64,000 bases of DNA from an uncultured Acidobacteriota bacterium (GCA_963764715.1 CAVXTP010000006.1:256001-320000), one strand, 5' to 3'. Shown: positions 24,743 to 34,413, numbered from the stretch's first letter. The notes: generated by a model from the letters alone, not told the origin. A program made the numbers and translations.

Positions 24743-26334
24743 CACTTCAAGTATCCCAGCGACCGGAGCTTCTCGAGATACTCCCGGTCGCTTTCCCGGG
24801 CGGGGCTCGAGGGAGGCGCGATGCGGGGACCCCAGGTCGCGACCGTCGACGCCTCGACCGTCCCGGGAACGAAGAGCGAGGCGACCGGATGTCCCGGAAG
24901 GTTGCGCGCGGCCGGGACGCCCATCCGCGCGAGAATCGAAGGCGCCGCGTCCTCGGGTCGGATCCGGACGTTGCGGGCCGTGACCGACCCGTCGAAGACG
25001 ACCATTCGCCCGAGGGCCTCGGGCCCGGGATGGCTGTCGGCGGCGAGCACGACCAGGACGACCTCGCCCCGCCGTGCGCGGGCGGCCCAGTCGGCGAGGA
25101 CCTCGGCGACCCGCGCCGCGGCCTTCGCGCGCGCCGCGGGGTCGTCGCGGGCGATGTCGCAGCCGGGCAGGTAGACGGTCGCCAGACGGAACCCCTTCGA
25201 GGCCTGGGCGTCGAAGGCGGCGAGGGCCTCGCGGTCCGCGCCGGGGCCGTCGGCCGCGCGGGCAAAGACCGTCCGGTTCTCGACGACGGTCGCGCCGGGC
25301 CACGGGCCCGCGGCCCACCAGCCCACGGCGAGCGACGGCAGGCCCGCCGAGGCCGAGATCTCCCAGAAGTCGAGGCGCCGCCGGTCGACGTGGGACACGG
25401 GGGCGGCCGAGACGAGGTGGAGCGCCGGGCCAACGTGCCGCAGGTACCAGGAGGTCCCCCACGGCGGGCGCACCGCGAGGCTCGAGCCCAGGGGGCGCAC
25501 GCGCGTCAGGGCGCGCACACCGTGCCGCTCCGCCGGCTCGCCGGTCGCGAGCGTCGTCCAGAGCTCCGGTGGCGGCCGGTGCTCCGCCGGCCACCATCCC
25601 ACCGCGCCGCCCTCGAGCAGGGCCGCCGCGGGGCCGCCCTTGCCGGAACCGTCGAGGTCGAGCCCGTCGACCGCGATGACGACTTCGGGCGTCGCGCGAG
25701 GGGAGGGCTGCGGCGAGGGGGCGGGGCGCGACTCGTGCCGCGAGAACAGCAGCAGGATCGCGATCAGCAGCCCCACCGCGGCTGCCGCCGCGAAGAGGCG
25801 CCGCAGCGACCGGCGCGGGAGCATTCCGGCCCGCGCGAACGCGAGGGCGAGGAAGCCGAGCCGGACCGCGGCCGCGAGAAAGAGCGCGGTGATCCCGATC
25901 GGCACGGCCCACAGGAGGGTGCGAGCCGAGAGGGCTCGCTCCAGACTGTAGGTGCCGCCGATCCACAGAGCGAAGACGATCAGGGCGGAGACCATGCCGG
26001 CGATCGTCGCCGCGATCCCCGGCGTCCGGACGCGCTCGGCGAACCACGAGAGGACCAGAGCGAGGACCGTGGCCGGGGCGAGGGCCGCGGCGAAGAGGTG
26101 CACGAAGAGCGAGGCGATCGAGCCGGGCGAGCCGCCGAACGCCGGGTCCGCGGCCTCCACGGCCGCGATCGCGGCGAGGGCCGCCCCGAAGGCCCCGATC
26201 AGGATCGCCGTCAGGAACGCGCCGCCGCGCCCCTCGAACACGGGCCGGAAGAGCAGGCGGTCGACGCCGGCGTCGAGGTAACCGAGCTCGCGCAGCCGCG
26301 CTCGCGCCTCGCCGAGGGTGGGCCGCTCCCTCAC
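24742..26334 (-). CDS. Membrane protein with C-terminal alkaline-phosphatase-like domain
   Basis: Several TM helices, then VIAVDGLD...WTTLATGE..HGV...DAAPSIL...LEKLRSLGYL. Confidence 0.7.
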   Translation of the reverse strand: MRERPTLGEARARLRELGYLDAGVDRLLFRPVFEGRGGAFLTAILIGAFGAALAAIAAVEAADPAFGGSPGSIASLFVHLFAAALAPATVLALVLSWFAERVRTPGIAATIAGMVSALIVFALWIGGTYSLERALSARTLLWAVPIGITALFLAAAVRLGFLALAFARAGMLPRRSLRRLFAAAAAVGLLIAILLLFSRHESRPAPSPQPSPRATPEVVIAVDGLDLDGSGKGGPAAALLEGGAVGWWPAEHRPPPELWTTLATGEPAERHGVRALTRVRPLGSSLAVRPPWGTSWYLRHVGPALHLVSAAPVSHVDRRRLDFWEISASAGLPSLAVGWWAAGPWPGATVVENRTVFARAADGPGADREALAAFDAQASKGFRLATVYLPGCDIARDDPAARAKAAARVAEVLADWAARARRGEVVLVVLAADSHPGPEALGRMVVFDGSVTARNVRIRPEDAAPSILARMGVPAARNLPGHPVASLFVPGTVEASTVATWGPRIAPPSSPARESDREYLEKLRSLGYLK

Positions 26335-27230
26335 GACCGGCGGTCCCTCACCACGCGCGCCAGGTCGGAGAGCACGGCGGCCCGCGAGCCCAGCGGCTTC
26401 AGGGCGGAGAGGGCCGCCGCCAGGAGCTCCTCGACGAGCCGGTGGCACGACTCGCCTCCGAGCACCGTCGCGAAGTTGGCGCGGTGGGCGTCGCGGCCGG
26501 CGTCCTTGCCCATCACCTTCGGATCGCCCTCGAGGTCGAGCAGGTCATCCGTGATCTGGAAGGCGAGGCCGAGGTTGCGCGCGTATCGCGTCAGCGCCGA
26601 CAGGGTGCGCTCCCCCGCGCCGCCCGCGAGCGCCCCGCCGCGGATGGCCGCGACGAAGAGGGCGCCCGTCTTCTGGGCGTGGATCGCCTCGAGGTCGTCG
26701 AGGGCCACGGCGCTCGGGTCGGCCGCGAGGTCCGCCGCCTGGCCCGCGCAGCAGCCCCCGGCGCCGACGGCCGCGGCGAGCTCGCCGACGATCCGCGCCC
26801 GCAGCGCGCCCGAGACGCCGCGGCTCTGGGCCAGGACCTCGAACGCGCGGGCGAGCAGCGCCACGGACGCGAGCTCCGACGTGGCGACCCCGTGGGTGCG
26901 GTGGAGCGCCGGGCGCCCCCTCCGGCGGGGCGCGTCGTCCATCGAGGGCAGGTCGTCGAGCACCAGCGACGCCGCGTGAACGTACTCGACGGCGACGGCG
27001 ACGGGCAGCGCAGCCGCCCGGGACGCTCGAACGAGATCGGCCGCCGCGAGGCTCGCGAGGGGCCGCAGGCGCTTGCCGCGGGAGAGCGCCGCCTGGGTAA
27101 TCGCCTGCGAAAGGACCGGCGCGCGCGGGGCCGGCGCCGGAAGGTTCTCGGCGAGCGCCTCTTCGAGCCCGGGAGCCGCCGCGGCCGAGAACCGGTCGAA
27201 TGCGCCGCCGGCCCCGGCGGGGTGCGTCAG
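26331..27230 (-). CDS. ispA: Polyprenyl diphosphate synthase (IspA-like)
   Basis: GKRLRP, HAASLVLDDLPSMDD..RRG, GQAADL, KTGALF, FQITDDLLD; frame is open upstream of 26963, CTG start inferred at 27230. Confidence 0.85.
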   Translation of the reverse strand: MTHPAGAGGAFDRFSAAAAPGLEEALAENLPAPAPRAPVLSQAITQAALSRGKRLRPLASLAAADLVRASRAAALPVAVAVEYVHAASLVLDDLPSMDDAPRRRGRPALHRTHGVATSELASVALLARAFEVLAQSRGVSGALRARIVGELAAAVGAGGCCAGQAADLAADPSAVALDDLEAIHAQKTGALFVAAIRGGALAGGAGERTLSALTRYARNLGLAFQITDDLLDLEGDPKVMGKDAGRDAHRANFATVLGGESCHRLVEELLAAALSALKPLGSRAAVLSDLARVVRDRRS

Positions 27231-27248
27231 GAGGGAAGCCCCCGCGTC

Positions 27249-27590
27249 CTAGCCGCGAAAGCTCGCCAGCGCCTCGGGTTCCGCCTCGTACACGTCGAAG
27301 ACGGTGATCAACTGCGTCACGGTCAGGACGTCGTTGATCTTGGGAGGCAGGTGGAGGAGCTTCAGCTTCCCGCCCTTGTTGGTCACCGACGTGTAGCAGC
27401 CGACGAGCTCGCCGATGCCCGACGAGTCGATCGTCGTGACGTCGTGCATGTCGACGAGGATGTTCTTCTTGCCCGAATCGACGAGCTTGTTGATCGTTTC
27501 GCGCAACTGCACGTCCCCCGACCCGATGGTGATCTTGCCTTTGAGCTCGACGATCTGCACCCCGCCGGACTCGCGAACGTTCGTCTTCAT
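27249..27590 (-). CDS. STAS-domain anti-anti-sigma factor (RsbV/SpoIIAA-like)
   Basis: LKGKITIG...IDSSGIGELV phospho-Ser motif. Confidence 0.92.
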   Translation of the reverse strand: MKTNVRESGGVQIVELKGKITIGSGDVQLRETINKLVDSGKKNILVDMHDVTTIDSSGIGELVGCYTSVTNKGGKLKLLHLPPKINDVLTVTQLITVFDVYEAEPEALASFRG

Positions 27591-28054
27591 GCTGGGTTCT
27601 CCTCCTTCTCTTTTACCGCGCCCAGGTTCTTTTTCAAAACGATTTCCATGCCGCCTTCCGCGTGACGCTGGAAGCGGACGTCATCCATGAAGGTCCGCAT
27701 GTAGAAGATGCCCCTTCCCGAGGTCTTCAGCCGGTTTTCCGGAGCGAGGGGATCGTCCACGGCTTTCGGATCGAATCCTTCGCCCTCGTCGCGGATCGAG
27801 ATGGCGAGCGTGTCCGCGACGACGTCCATCTCGAGGTGCACGTGCTTGGAGAGGTCCTGCTGGTTGCCGTGTTTGATCGCATTGGCCACGGCCTCGCGCA
27901 CCGCCATCAGGATCCAGTGGCGCGTCTCCTCCGGCACGTCGCGGCCCTCGAGGAGGCGCGAGCACAGGTGCTGCACCATCTCGATGTTCTCGAAACGGCT
28001 GGACAGAGACATCCGGATCGGGCCGGCTTTGACGATCGGTCGAGGTGCGTTCAT
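27587..28054 (-). CDS. Anti-sigma factor Ser kinase (RsbW-like)
   Basis: AVREAVANAIKHGN, IRDEGEGFD, SGRGIFYM. Confidence 0.92.
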   Translation of the reverse strand: MNAPRPIVKAGPIRMSLSSRFENIEMVQHLCSRLLEGRDVPEETRHWILMAVREAVANAIKHGNQQDLSKHVHLEMDVVADTLAISIRDEGEGFDPKAVDDPLAPENRLKTSGRGIFYMRTFMDDVRFQRHAEGGMEIVLKKNLGAVKEKEENPA

Positions 28055-28135
28055 TCACGAGCTTCGAAAGCCCGGCGGATCTTATCGAAAAGCACCCCGG
28101 GAAAGGAACCGAAACCCGCCGTGCTACCCTCGATC

Positions 28136-29338
28136 ATGCTCCGGAAAAGGCGGGCCCGCATGGCCGGAATCGCCCTGGCCGCGGCAGCCGTCCTCGGGGC
28201 GGCGGACCTGCTGCCGGACCGCATGGCGCAGGTTTCCCGGAGCGTCGAGGAGGTCCGGGGCCGCAAGTTCGCGCGGGCGGTGCCGGCCTCGAGGCTGGAC
28301 AAGGAGGAGGCCCGGCGAGTGCTGCGCGGCAAGATCTCCGAGGGCCTGCCGGTCCCCGTCGACGAGTACTTCCGGTCGCTCGTGGCGCTCGGCTTGATCG
28401 AGGACTCGCCCCGGCTCCTCGACAGCCTGGTCGACTTCTACGCTTCGCAGGTCGTGGCGTTCTACGACCCGGAACCCCGGCGTTTCTACGTCGTCGAGGG
28501 CGCGGAGGGGCTCGCGGGCGGCGATTCCGAGGACCTCGCCCAGGGCCTCATCTACTCGCACGAGCTGATGCACGCGCTCCAGGACGAGTCGCTGCACCTG
28601 TCCGACCGGGTCAAGGAGCTCCGCGACGACGGAGACCGCAGCCTCGCGCTCCAGTGCCTCCTCGAGGGCGAAGCGACGCTCGTGATGATCCGCGTCGCCC
28701 TCAAGGAGATTCCGGACGCGGGGGACGAGGTGGAGGAGCAGATGGCGCCGCTGCTCTCGGCGGGCAACCTCGAGCGCTCCAGCGTCCCGGGCGACGTGCC
28801 GGCCTACTTCGTGGACCAGCTCTTCTTTCCCTACACCGACGGCACGGCCTTCGTGCGCGCCGCCGTGAAGAAAGGGGGCTGGGCCGAGGTCGACCGCCTC
28901 TGGAGGGATCCTCCCCGGTCGTCGGCGGAGATCATCCACGGCGCCCCCTATCCGCCGCCGGTCCGGGGCCTGCTCCCGGCCGACGCCGCCGCGCTCGCGC
29001 CGGGCCGCCGCCTTTCGTACACCGACACCCTCGGAGAATGGACGCTCCGGTTTCTGCTCGGGCGGGCCCTGTCCGCGGAGGAGGCCGCGGCGGCCTCGAC
29101 CGGGTGGCGGGGCGACCGGATCGCGTACTTCACCGCCGGCGGGGCGACGAGCTACCTCTGGCGCCTGCGCTTTTCGGATGCCGAGTCGGCGGCCCGCTTC
29201 GAAGCGGCCCTGAGGAAGGCCCGGTCCGCGCGTCCCGCCCCGTCCCCCGAAGCCGTCCGCCGCGAGGGCGCCGACCTGCTCGTCTCCGGGGGCTTCGCGA
29301 AAACGCCCGAGCTGGCCGGGTTTCCCGCGCGCCAATAA
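28136..29338 (+). CDS. Exported protein with HExxH motif (putative zinc metalloprotease)
   Basis: Signal peptide, VAFYDP, SHELMHALQD, LLEGEA, FPYTDG, DTLGE, GWRGD. Confidence 0.7.
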   Translation: MLRKRRARMAGIALAAAAVLGAADLLPDRMAQVSRSVEEVRGRKFARAVPASRLDKEEARRVLRGKISEGLPVPVDEYFRSLVALGLIEDSPRLLDSLVDFYASQVVAFYDPEPRRFYVVEGAEGLAGGDSEDLAQGLIYSHELMHALQDESLHLSDRVKELRDDGDRSLALQCLLEGEATLVMIRVALKEIPDAGDEVEEQMAPLLSAGNLERSSVPGDVPAYFVDQLFFPYTDGTAFVRAAVKKGGWAEVDRLWRDPPRSSAEIIHGAPYPPPVRGLLPADAAALAPGRRLSYTDTLGEWTLRFLLGRALSAEEAAAASTGWRGDRIAYFTAGGATSYLWRLRFSDAESAARFEAALRKARSARPAPSPEAVRREGADLLVSGGFAKTPELAGFPARQ

Positions 29339-29367
29339 AAAACGGGAGGCCGTTTCCCGGCCTCCCG
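29337..29367 (-). terminator. Intrinsic terminator between convergent genes
   Basis: CGGGAGGCCG-TTTCC-CGGCCTCCCG perfect 10-bp stem with a T-tract on the minus strand. Confidence 0.8.
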
Positions 29368-29390
29368 CGGAATGCGAATCGGATCCCCGG

Positions 29391-30209
29391 TTAGAACTTG
29401 CGCCGGAGCGTAAGGGTCGCGCCGAGACCGAGGCACAGGACGCCGAGGGCGCCGGCCAGGGGCACCGAGCTGCCGGTCTTCGGAAGGCTCTTGGCCATCG
29501 CCTGCTGGGCCGCCGCCGCATCCGCCGCCGCCTTGGCCGCCGCCGCATCCGCGTCAGCCCTCGCCTTGGCATCGGCCGCCGCCCGGTCGGCCGCCGCCTT
29601 GTCCGCCGCCGCCTTCTCGGCCGCTGCCCGGTCGGCCGCCGCCTTGTCCGCAGCCGCCTTGTCCGCCGCCGCCTTGGCCGCCGCCGCCCTGGCCGCCTCG
29701 TCCGAGGCCGCCGCGTTCGCGAGCTCCTGCTCGGTGGCCGTTCCCTTCGAGGTGTGGATGATCGTGGCGTTCAGGTGCTGGTTGACCTGGAGGTCTTCGA
29801 GCCGCAGCTTCGCGCCGCCGATGTCGAACCGGAAACCGGCCGGGATGTTGTAGGAGTGAATTCCGTCGGACTCGCGGACGAAGAGGAGCCCGCCGGAGCT
29901 CTTGAGGACCTTGGCGTTCTTGAGCTGCGTGGTCTGGACGACGATCGGGGTCGTCACGGTCTTGACCGTAGCCGTGATCTTCATCCCGGGCCTCAGGTCC
30001 TTCAAGGCCACGTCCTTGCCGTCGACGGTCGCGTGGAAGTCCTCGGCCACGTCGAATTCGCGCATCGTGCCGCTGGCTTCCTTGATGAAGATGCTCTTGT
30101 CGCCGACGCTGACGATGGTGCCGTTTTTGACTTCGGTCGTGGTCTGCGCCGACACCGCCGCCGCGACGGCGAGCGCGAGCGCCACCGTGAGAATGGAACG
30201 CTTCAACAT
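29391..30209 (-). CDS. LPXTG-motif sortase substrate with Ala-rich stalk
   Basis: Sec signal, two beta-rich repeats, AAADK/AAADR repeats, LPKTG plus TM helix and RRKF tail. Confidence 0.88.
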   Translation of the reverse strand: MLKRSILTVALALAVAAAVSAQTTTEVKNGTIVSVGDKSIFIKEASGTMREFDVAEDFHATVDGKDVALKDLRPGMKITATVKTVTTPIVVQTTQLKNAKVLKSSGGLLFVRESDGIHSYNIPAGFRFDIGGAKLRLEDLQVNQHLNATIIHTSKGTATEQELANAAASDEAARAAAAKAAADKAAADKAAADRAAAEKAAADKAAADRAAADAKARADADAAAAKAAADAAAAQQAMAKSLPKTGSSVPLAGALGVLCLGLGATLTLRRKF

Positions 30210-30287
30210 TTTCCTGTCCTCCTCAATATCGTTATCAACACAAGAAACTCTGATCCGACGACCATCGTCGGCCCGTGGAAGCAAGTT

Positions 30288-31022
30288 CTAGGGCGCGCGG
30301 CTCCTCCTTTCCGCCGCCTGCATCGCGACCGGTCCGTCGAGTGTCGCGCGCACGATGAAGCGCTGCGGCGCGCTTCCGGCGTAGTAGAAGGGATAGCAGG
30401 TCACGAGCGTCAGGGCCGGCTCGGCCGTCGGCTCGAGGACCTCGACGCTCTGGGGCGAAACGATGGTCAGGCTCTGGATGCGGTAGCGCAGGTGCTGCGA
30501 GAGCGTCTCGACCTCGATCACGTCGCCGGCCGTCACGTCCTTCAGGCCGCGGAAGAATCCGTCCCGGTGGCCCGCGATGCCGACGTTGCCGGGCTCGCCC
30601 GGCCGGGGAGTTCCGGCGATGTGCCCGACTCCCCGGTTCAGCGCCAGCTCGTCGGTCCCCTCGAGCACGGGGACCTCGAGGTCGATCCGCGGCACGCGCA
30701 GAACGCCGAGCGGCGAACGGAAGTCGTGGGACAGGCTCGCCTGGAAGCCCTGGACGCGCTCGGGCGACCAGAGCGTCTTGTCGGGTGTGTCGAAGTCGGA
30801 CAGCGGCCGCAGGCTCCCGACCGGCTCGCTCGAGGACGAGGTCGAGGCCGCCCGCGCTCGCTCGAAGTCGGCGAGCGCGGCCTTGCGTCCGAGGGAAGCG
30901 TCGACGCGAAAGGCTGCGAAGATCGCGACGAGCGCGATGCCGGCGACCCACGCCGCAACCTCGAGCGGACCTGGTCCCGCCCGCTTACCCTCGCGGGGCC
31001 TCGGAGGCTGCAAATTCTCCAT
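30288..31022 (-). CDS. Class D sortase
   Basis: LRVPRIDL...GVGH...NVGIAGHRDGFFR...LTLVTCYPF...R catalytic His/Cys/Arg. Confidence 0.93.
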   Translation of the reverse strand: MENLQPPRPREGKRAGPGPLEVAAWVAGIALVAIFAAFRVDASLGRKAALADFERARAASTSSSSEPVGSLRPLSDFDTPDKTLWSPERVQGFQASLSHDFRSPLGVLRVPRIDLEVPVLEGTDELALNRGVGHIAGTPRPGEPGNVGIAGHRDGFFRGLKDVTAGDVIEVETLSQHLRYRIQSLTIVSPQSVEVLEPTAEPALTLVTCYPFYYAGSAPQRFIVRATLDGPVAMQAAERRSRAP

Positions 31023-31280
31023 CTGGGCGACTAAGTAACGGGATTTAGATATCGCCCCCGGCTGAGGAAGTCAACGGCACGAGCCCTTTGGTCGAGGTCT
31101 ATTCGGCAATAAGTCAGATTTTTGGACGTTGAGAGGCCCGGCGCCCGTATCCGTCCCCTCCGACTCGGCAACCAGCAACCCCGGCCGTTGCCGCGATGGG
31201 CCCCGAAATCGTCCGAAATCGGACCATCGGAAGCGAAACGGCCAGGCGCCGCGCAGCGGTCCCCGTCGGCGCAGGGAAGC

Positions 31281-32087
31281 CTAGAAGCCGGGCAGGGACT
31301 TGAGGGCGAGCGGGATGATCACGAACATCTGGATGGCGTCGAAGACGCCGTGGGCGACGATGCACGGCAGGACGTTCCGGTAGACCGAAAAGGTCACGGC
31401 GAGCACGGTCGCGATCACCAGGATCCCGACGAGGACGAGCGGCTGGCCGTACGCGCCGTGGGCCGCCGTGAACATCAGCGTGGCGGCGACGGGCCCGACG
31501 CGCGTCTGGAGGAAGGAGCGGAAAAAGAGCTCTTCGACGACCATGGCCGACACCACGATCATGAGCTTGACCCAGACGGGCTGCGCGACGAGCCAGACGA
31601 TCATGGGCGAGACGGTGGCCCCGCCCGAGGACTCGCCCCGGAATTTCGGCGAGACCAGGTACCAGACCCCGAGGATGACGCTCGCCGTGAGGATCGTCAG
31701 GACCCAGCCCACGACGCCGATCCCGGCTCCGACCGCGAGGTCGCGGGCGGGCCGCGGGCTCGAGAGCTTCAGGAAGTCCGCGACCGACCGCCGGCCCGAG
31801 AGCGCGTAGTAGCAGACGAGGAAGAAGACGAGGATCGCGTGCACCGCGAAGACCGAGACGAGCGAGAGCTCCTTGGTCTCGGGCTGCGTGCCCATGAGCC
31901 CCCCGGCGAACGGGATCGCGACGACGAGCAGGAGCACGGCCCCGAGCAGGGCCATGGCCACGGCGCGGCGCCCCGGCTCCGAAAAACCGTCCTCCGCGAA
32001 CACGGCGCGCGAGCGCGCCTGAACCAGGGACAGAAGGATGCCGAGGCTTCCTGCGACGACCAGGAGAACGAAGGCGACCGAGCTCAT
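31281..32087 (-). CDS. CPBP (Abi/CAAX) family intramembrane metalloprotease
   Basis: VEELFFRS, FTAAH, HGVFD motifs and several TM helices. Confidence 0.88.
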   Translation of the reverse strand: MSSVAFVLLVVAGSLGILLSLVQARSRAVFAEDGFSEPGRRAVAMALLGAVLLLVVAIPFAGGLMGTQPETKELSLVSVFAVHAILVFFLVCYYALSGRRSVADFLKLSSPRPARDLAVGAGIGVVGWVLTILTASVILGVWYLVSPKFRGESSGGATVSPMIVWLVAQPVWVKLMIVVSAMVVEELFFRSFLQTRVGPVAATLMFTAAHGAYGQPLVLVGILVIATVLAVTFSVYRNVLPCIVAHGVFDAIQMFVIIPLALKSLPGF

Positions 32088-32182
32088 GTACCCATCGGGG
32101 TGAGGCGCGGAGAATATCGTCTTTTCTCGAGTTTCGCGAAGCTGGACATGCGGCGAGGTTCCGGGGGAGGATCCGTCGGACC

Positions 32183-33127
32183 ATGCCGACCCCTCCCGAC
32201 GCCCGGGCGCCTCTCGAGATCCGCGGGCTCTCCAAGAGCTTCGGCGATCGGCGCGCGCTCGACGGCGTCTCCCTCACGATGGCACCGGGCGAAGTCCTCG
32301 GGCTCCTCGGTCCCAACGGCGCCGGAAAGACCACGCTCGTGCGCGCCGTCGCGGGCCGCGTCGAGCCGGACGGCGGAAGCCTCTCGATCCTGGGCCTGCC
32401 CCCGCTCGACGACCGGTCCCGCTCCGCCCGCGGCTGGGTGCCTCAGGAGATCGCGCTCTATCCCCTCCTCTCGCCGCGCGAGAACCTCTGGACCTTCGGC
32501 CGCTACCAGGGGCTCGAGGGCCCGGCGCTCGATGCCGCCATCGGCTCGAGCCTCGAGTGGATCGGGCTCGCCGACCGGGCGAACGACAAGACGGACCGGC
32601 TTTCCGGCGGCATGAAGCGGCGGCTCAACATCGCGGCCGGGACGATCCACGGCCCGAAGGTTCTGCTTCTCGACGAGCCGACCGTCGGCGTCGACCCGCA
32701 GTCGCGGGAGCGGATCTACGGCATGATCGGCGAGCTCAAGGCGCGCGGCGTCTCCCTCCTGTACACGACCCATTACATGGAAGAGGCCGAGCGCCTCTGC
32801 GACCGCATCGCGATCATCGACCATGGACGGATCATCGCGGAGGGGACCAAGGACGAGCTCGTCCGGAAGACCCTCGGCGCGGGCCAGGCGCTCGTGATCG
32901 ACGCGGACGCCCCGGTTCCCGCCGCGCTCCAGAAGGAGCTCGAGGCCCGCGGCGCGCGCGTCGACGGGACCCGCGTCCTGATGACCGTGACCAATCCCGC
33001 CGACGAGATCCGCCGGCTGCTCGAGACCTTCCATGCCCGCGGAGCGGCGGTGCGCGACCTGACGTTGAAGAGCCCGACGCTCGAGCAGGTCTTCCTCCAG
33101 CTGACGGGACGGGAGCTCCGCGAATGA
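32183..33127 (+). CDS. ABC transporter ATP-binding protein
   Basis: GPNGAGKT, LSGGMKRRL, LLLDEPTVGVD, TTHYMEEAE. Confidence 0.95.
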   Translation: MPTPPDARAPLEIRGLSKSFGDRRALDGVSLTMAPGEVLGLLGPNGAGKTTLVRAVAGRVEPDGGSLSILGLPPLDDRSRSARGWVPQEIALYPLLSPRENLWTFGRYQGLEGPALDAAIGSSLEWIGLADRANDKTDRLSGGMKRRLNIAAGTIHGPKVLLLDEPTVGVDPQSRERIYGMIGELKARGVSLLYTTHYMEEAERLCDRIAIIDHGRIIAEGTKDELVRKTLGAGQALVIDADAPVPAALQKELEARGARVDGTRVLMTVTNPADEIRRLLETFHARGAAVRDLTLKSPTLEQVFLQLTGRELRE

Positions 33128-34413
33128 ACAGCGTCCTGGCGGTCGCGAAGAACCGGTTCCTCAACCTGCGCCACGACCGCGCGGCGATGATCCTCTCCTT
33201 CGTTCTGCCGGTCGCCTTCTTCTCCGTCTTCGCCGGCGTTTTCGTGGGCGGCCGGAGCGCCACCCGCAGGGTCCCGGTCGCGCTCGTCGACGAGGACGGC
33301 TCGTCCGCGTCCCGGCGGCTCACGGCGGCCCTCGCGGCCGAGCAGGGACTCGACGTCCTCCACGCGCCCCGCGACAAGGCCGGCGCACCCGTCTACACGC
33401 GCGCGTCCGCCGAAGCCGCCGTGCGCGCGGGCGACGTGCCGGTCGCGCTGATCGTGCCGAAGGGCTTCGGCGCGACGCCGCTTTCGTTCGGCCGGGACTC
33501 GACGCGGCCCAGGGTCGAGGTCCTGTCGGACAGCGCCGACCCCGTGGCCCCGCAGGTCCTGGGCGGCCTCGTGCAGAAGGTCGCGATGACGGCGATGCCG
33601 GGCGCCATGGCGCGGAGCGGGGTCGCCGAGATCGACCAGTGGAGCGGGGGCCTCACGCCCGAGCAGAAGGCCCGCATGGACTCGGTCATCGCCGAGATCG
33701 AGAAGGAGCCGGAGGTGCCGCCGGGCCAGCCCGCGCCGCGGGCGGCCGCGCCCTCCGGCGGGGGGCTCATCGACGTTTCGGTGCGGGACCTCGTCGGCGA
33801 AAAGAAGAAGAATCCGCAGATCGCCTTCTACGCCGCGGGCCTCGGCGTGATGTTCCTCCTGTTCTCGGCCTCGGGCGCCGGCGGCGCGCTGATCGAGGAA
33901 GCCGAGAGCGGGACGCTCGACCGGATCCTCGCGACCCGGGTCTCGATGACGAAGCTCCTCCTCGGCAAGCTCGTCTACCTGGTGCTCCTCGCCGTCGCCC
34001 AGCTCACGCTCATGTTCGTCTGGGGCGCGCTCTTCTTCGGCGTGGAGCTCGCGAGCCACATCACCGGATTTCTGATCATGACCTTCGCGACGGCCCTCGC
34101 CTGCGCGACGTTCGGGCTGCTGCTCGCCTCGGTCTGCCGCTCGCGGATGCAGCTCGTCGCGCTCTCGAACCTCTCGATCCTCCTGATGTCGGCGCTCGGC
34201 GGGAGCATGTTCCCGCGGTTCCTGATGCCCGAGAAGATGCAGAAGATCGGCCTCGCGACCTTGAACGCCTGGGCCATCGACGGCTTCCAGAAGATCTTCT
34301 GGCGGGAGGAGCCGGTCTCGAGCCTCTGGCCGCAAGTCACGGTGCTCGTCGGGATCGGGGTCGTCTTCTTCCTCATCGCCCGCCGCGTCGCCGAGCGCTG
34401 GGAAGCCGCTTAA
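33124..34413 (+). CDS. ABC-2 type exporter permease
   Basis: N-terminal TM, large extracytoplasmic loop, EEAESGTLDRIL, five C-terminal TMs; ATGA overlap with the ATPase gene. Confidence 0.9.
   Translation: MNSVLAVAKNRFLNLRHDRAAMILSFVLPVAFFSVFAGVFVGGRSATRRVPVALVDEDGSSASRRLTAALAAEQGLDVLHAPRDKAGAPVYTRASAEAAVRAGDVPVALIVPKGFGATPLSFGRDSTRPRVEVLSDSADPVAPQVLGGLVQKVAMTAMPGAMARSGVAEIDQWSGGLTPEQKARMDSVIAEIEKEPEVPPGQPAPRAAAPSGGGLIDVSVRDLVGEKKKNPQIAFYAAGLGVMFLLFSASGAGGALIEEAESGTLDRILATRVSMTKLLLGKLVYLVLLAVAQLTLMFVWGALFFGVELASHITGFLIMTFATALACATFGLLLASVCRSRMQLVALSNLSILLMSALGGSMFPRFLMPEKMQKIGLATLNAWAIDGFQKIFWREEPVSSLWPQVTVLVGIGVVFFLIARRVAERWEAA

Noticed and set aside
29398-29853. Ala-rich plus-strand ORF
   Set aside because: Antisense reading of the AAADK repeats of the LPXTG protein.
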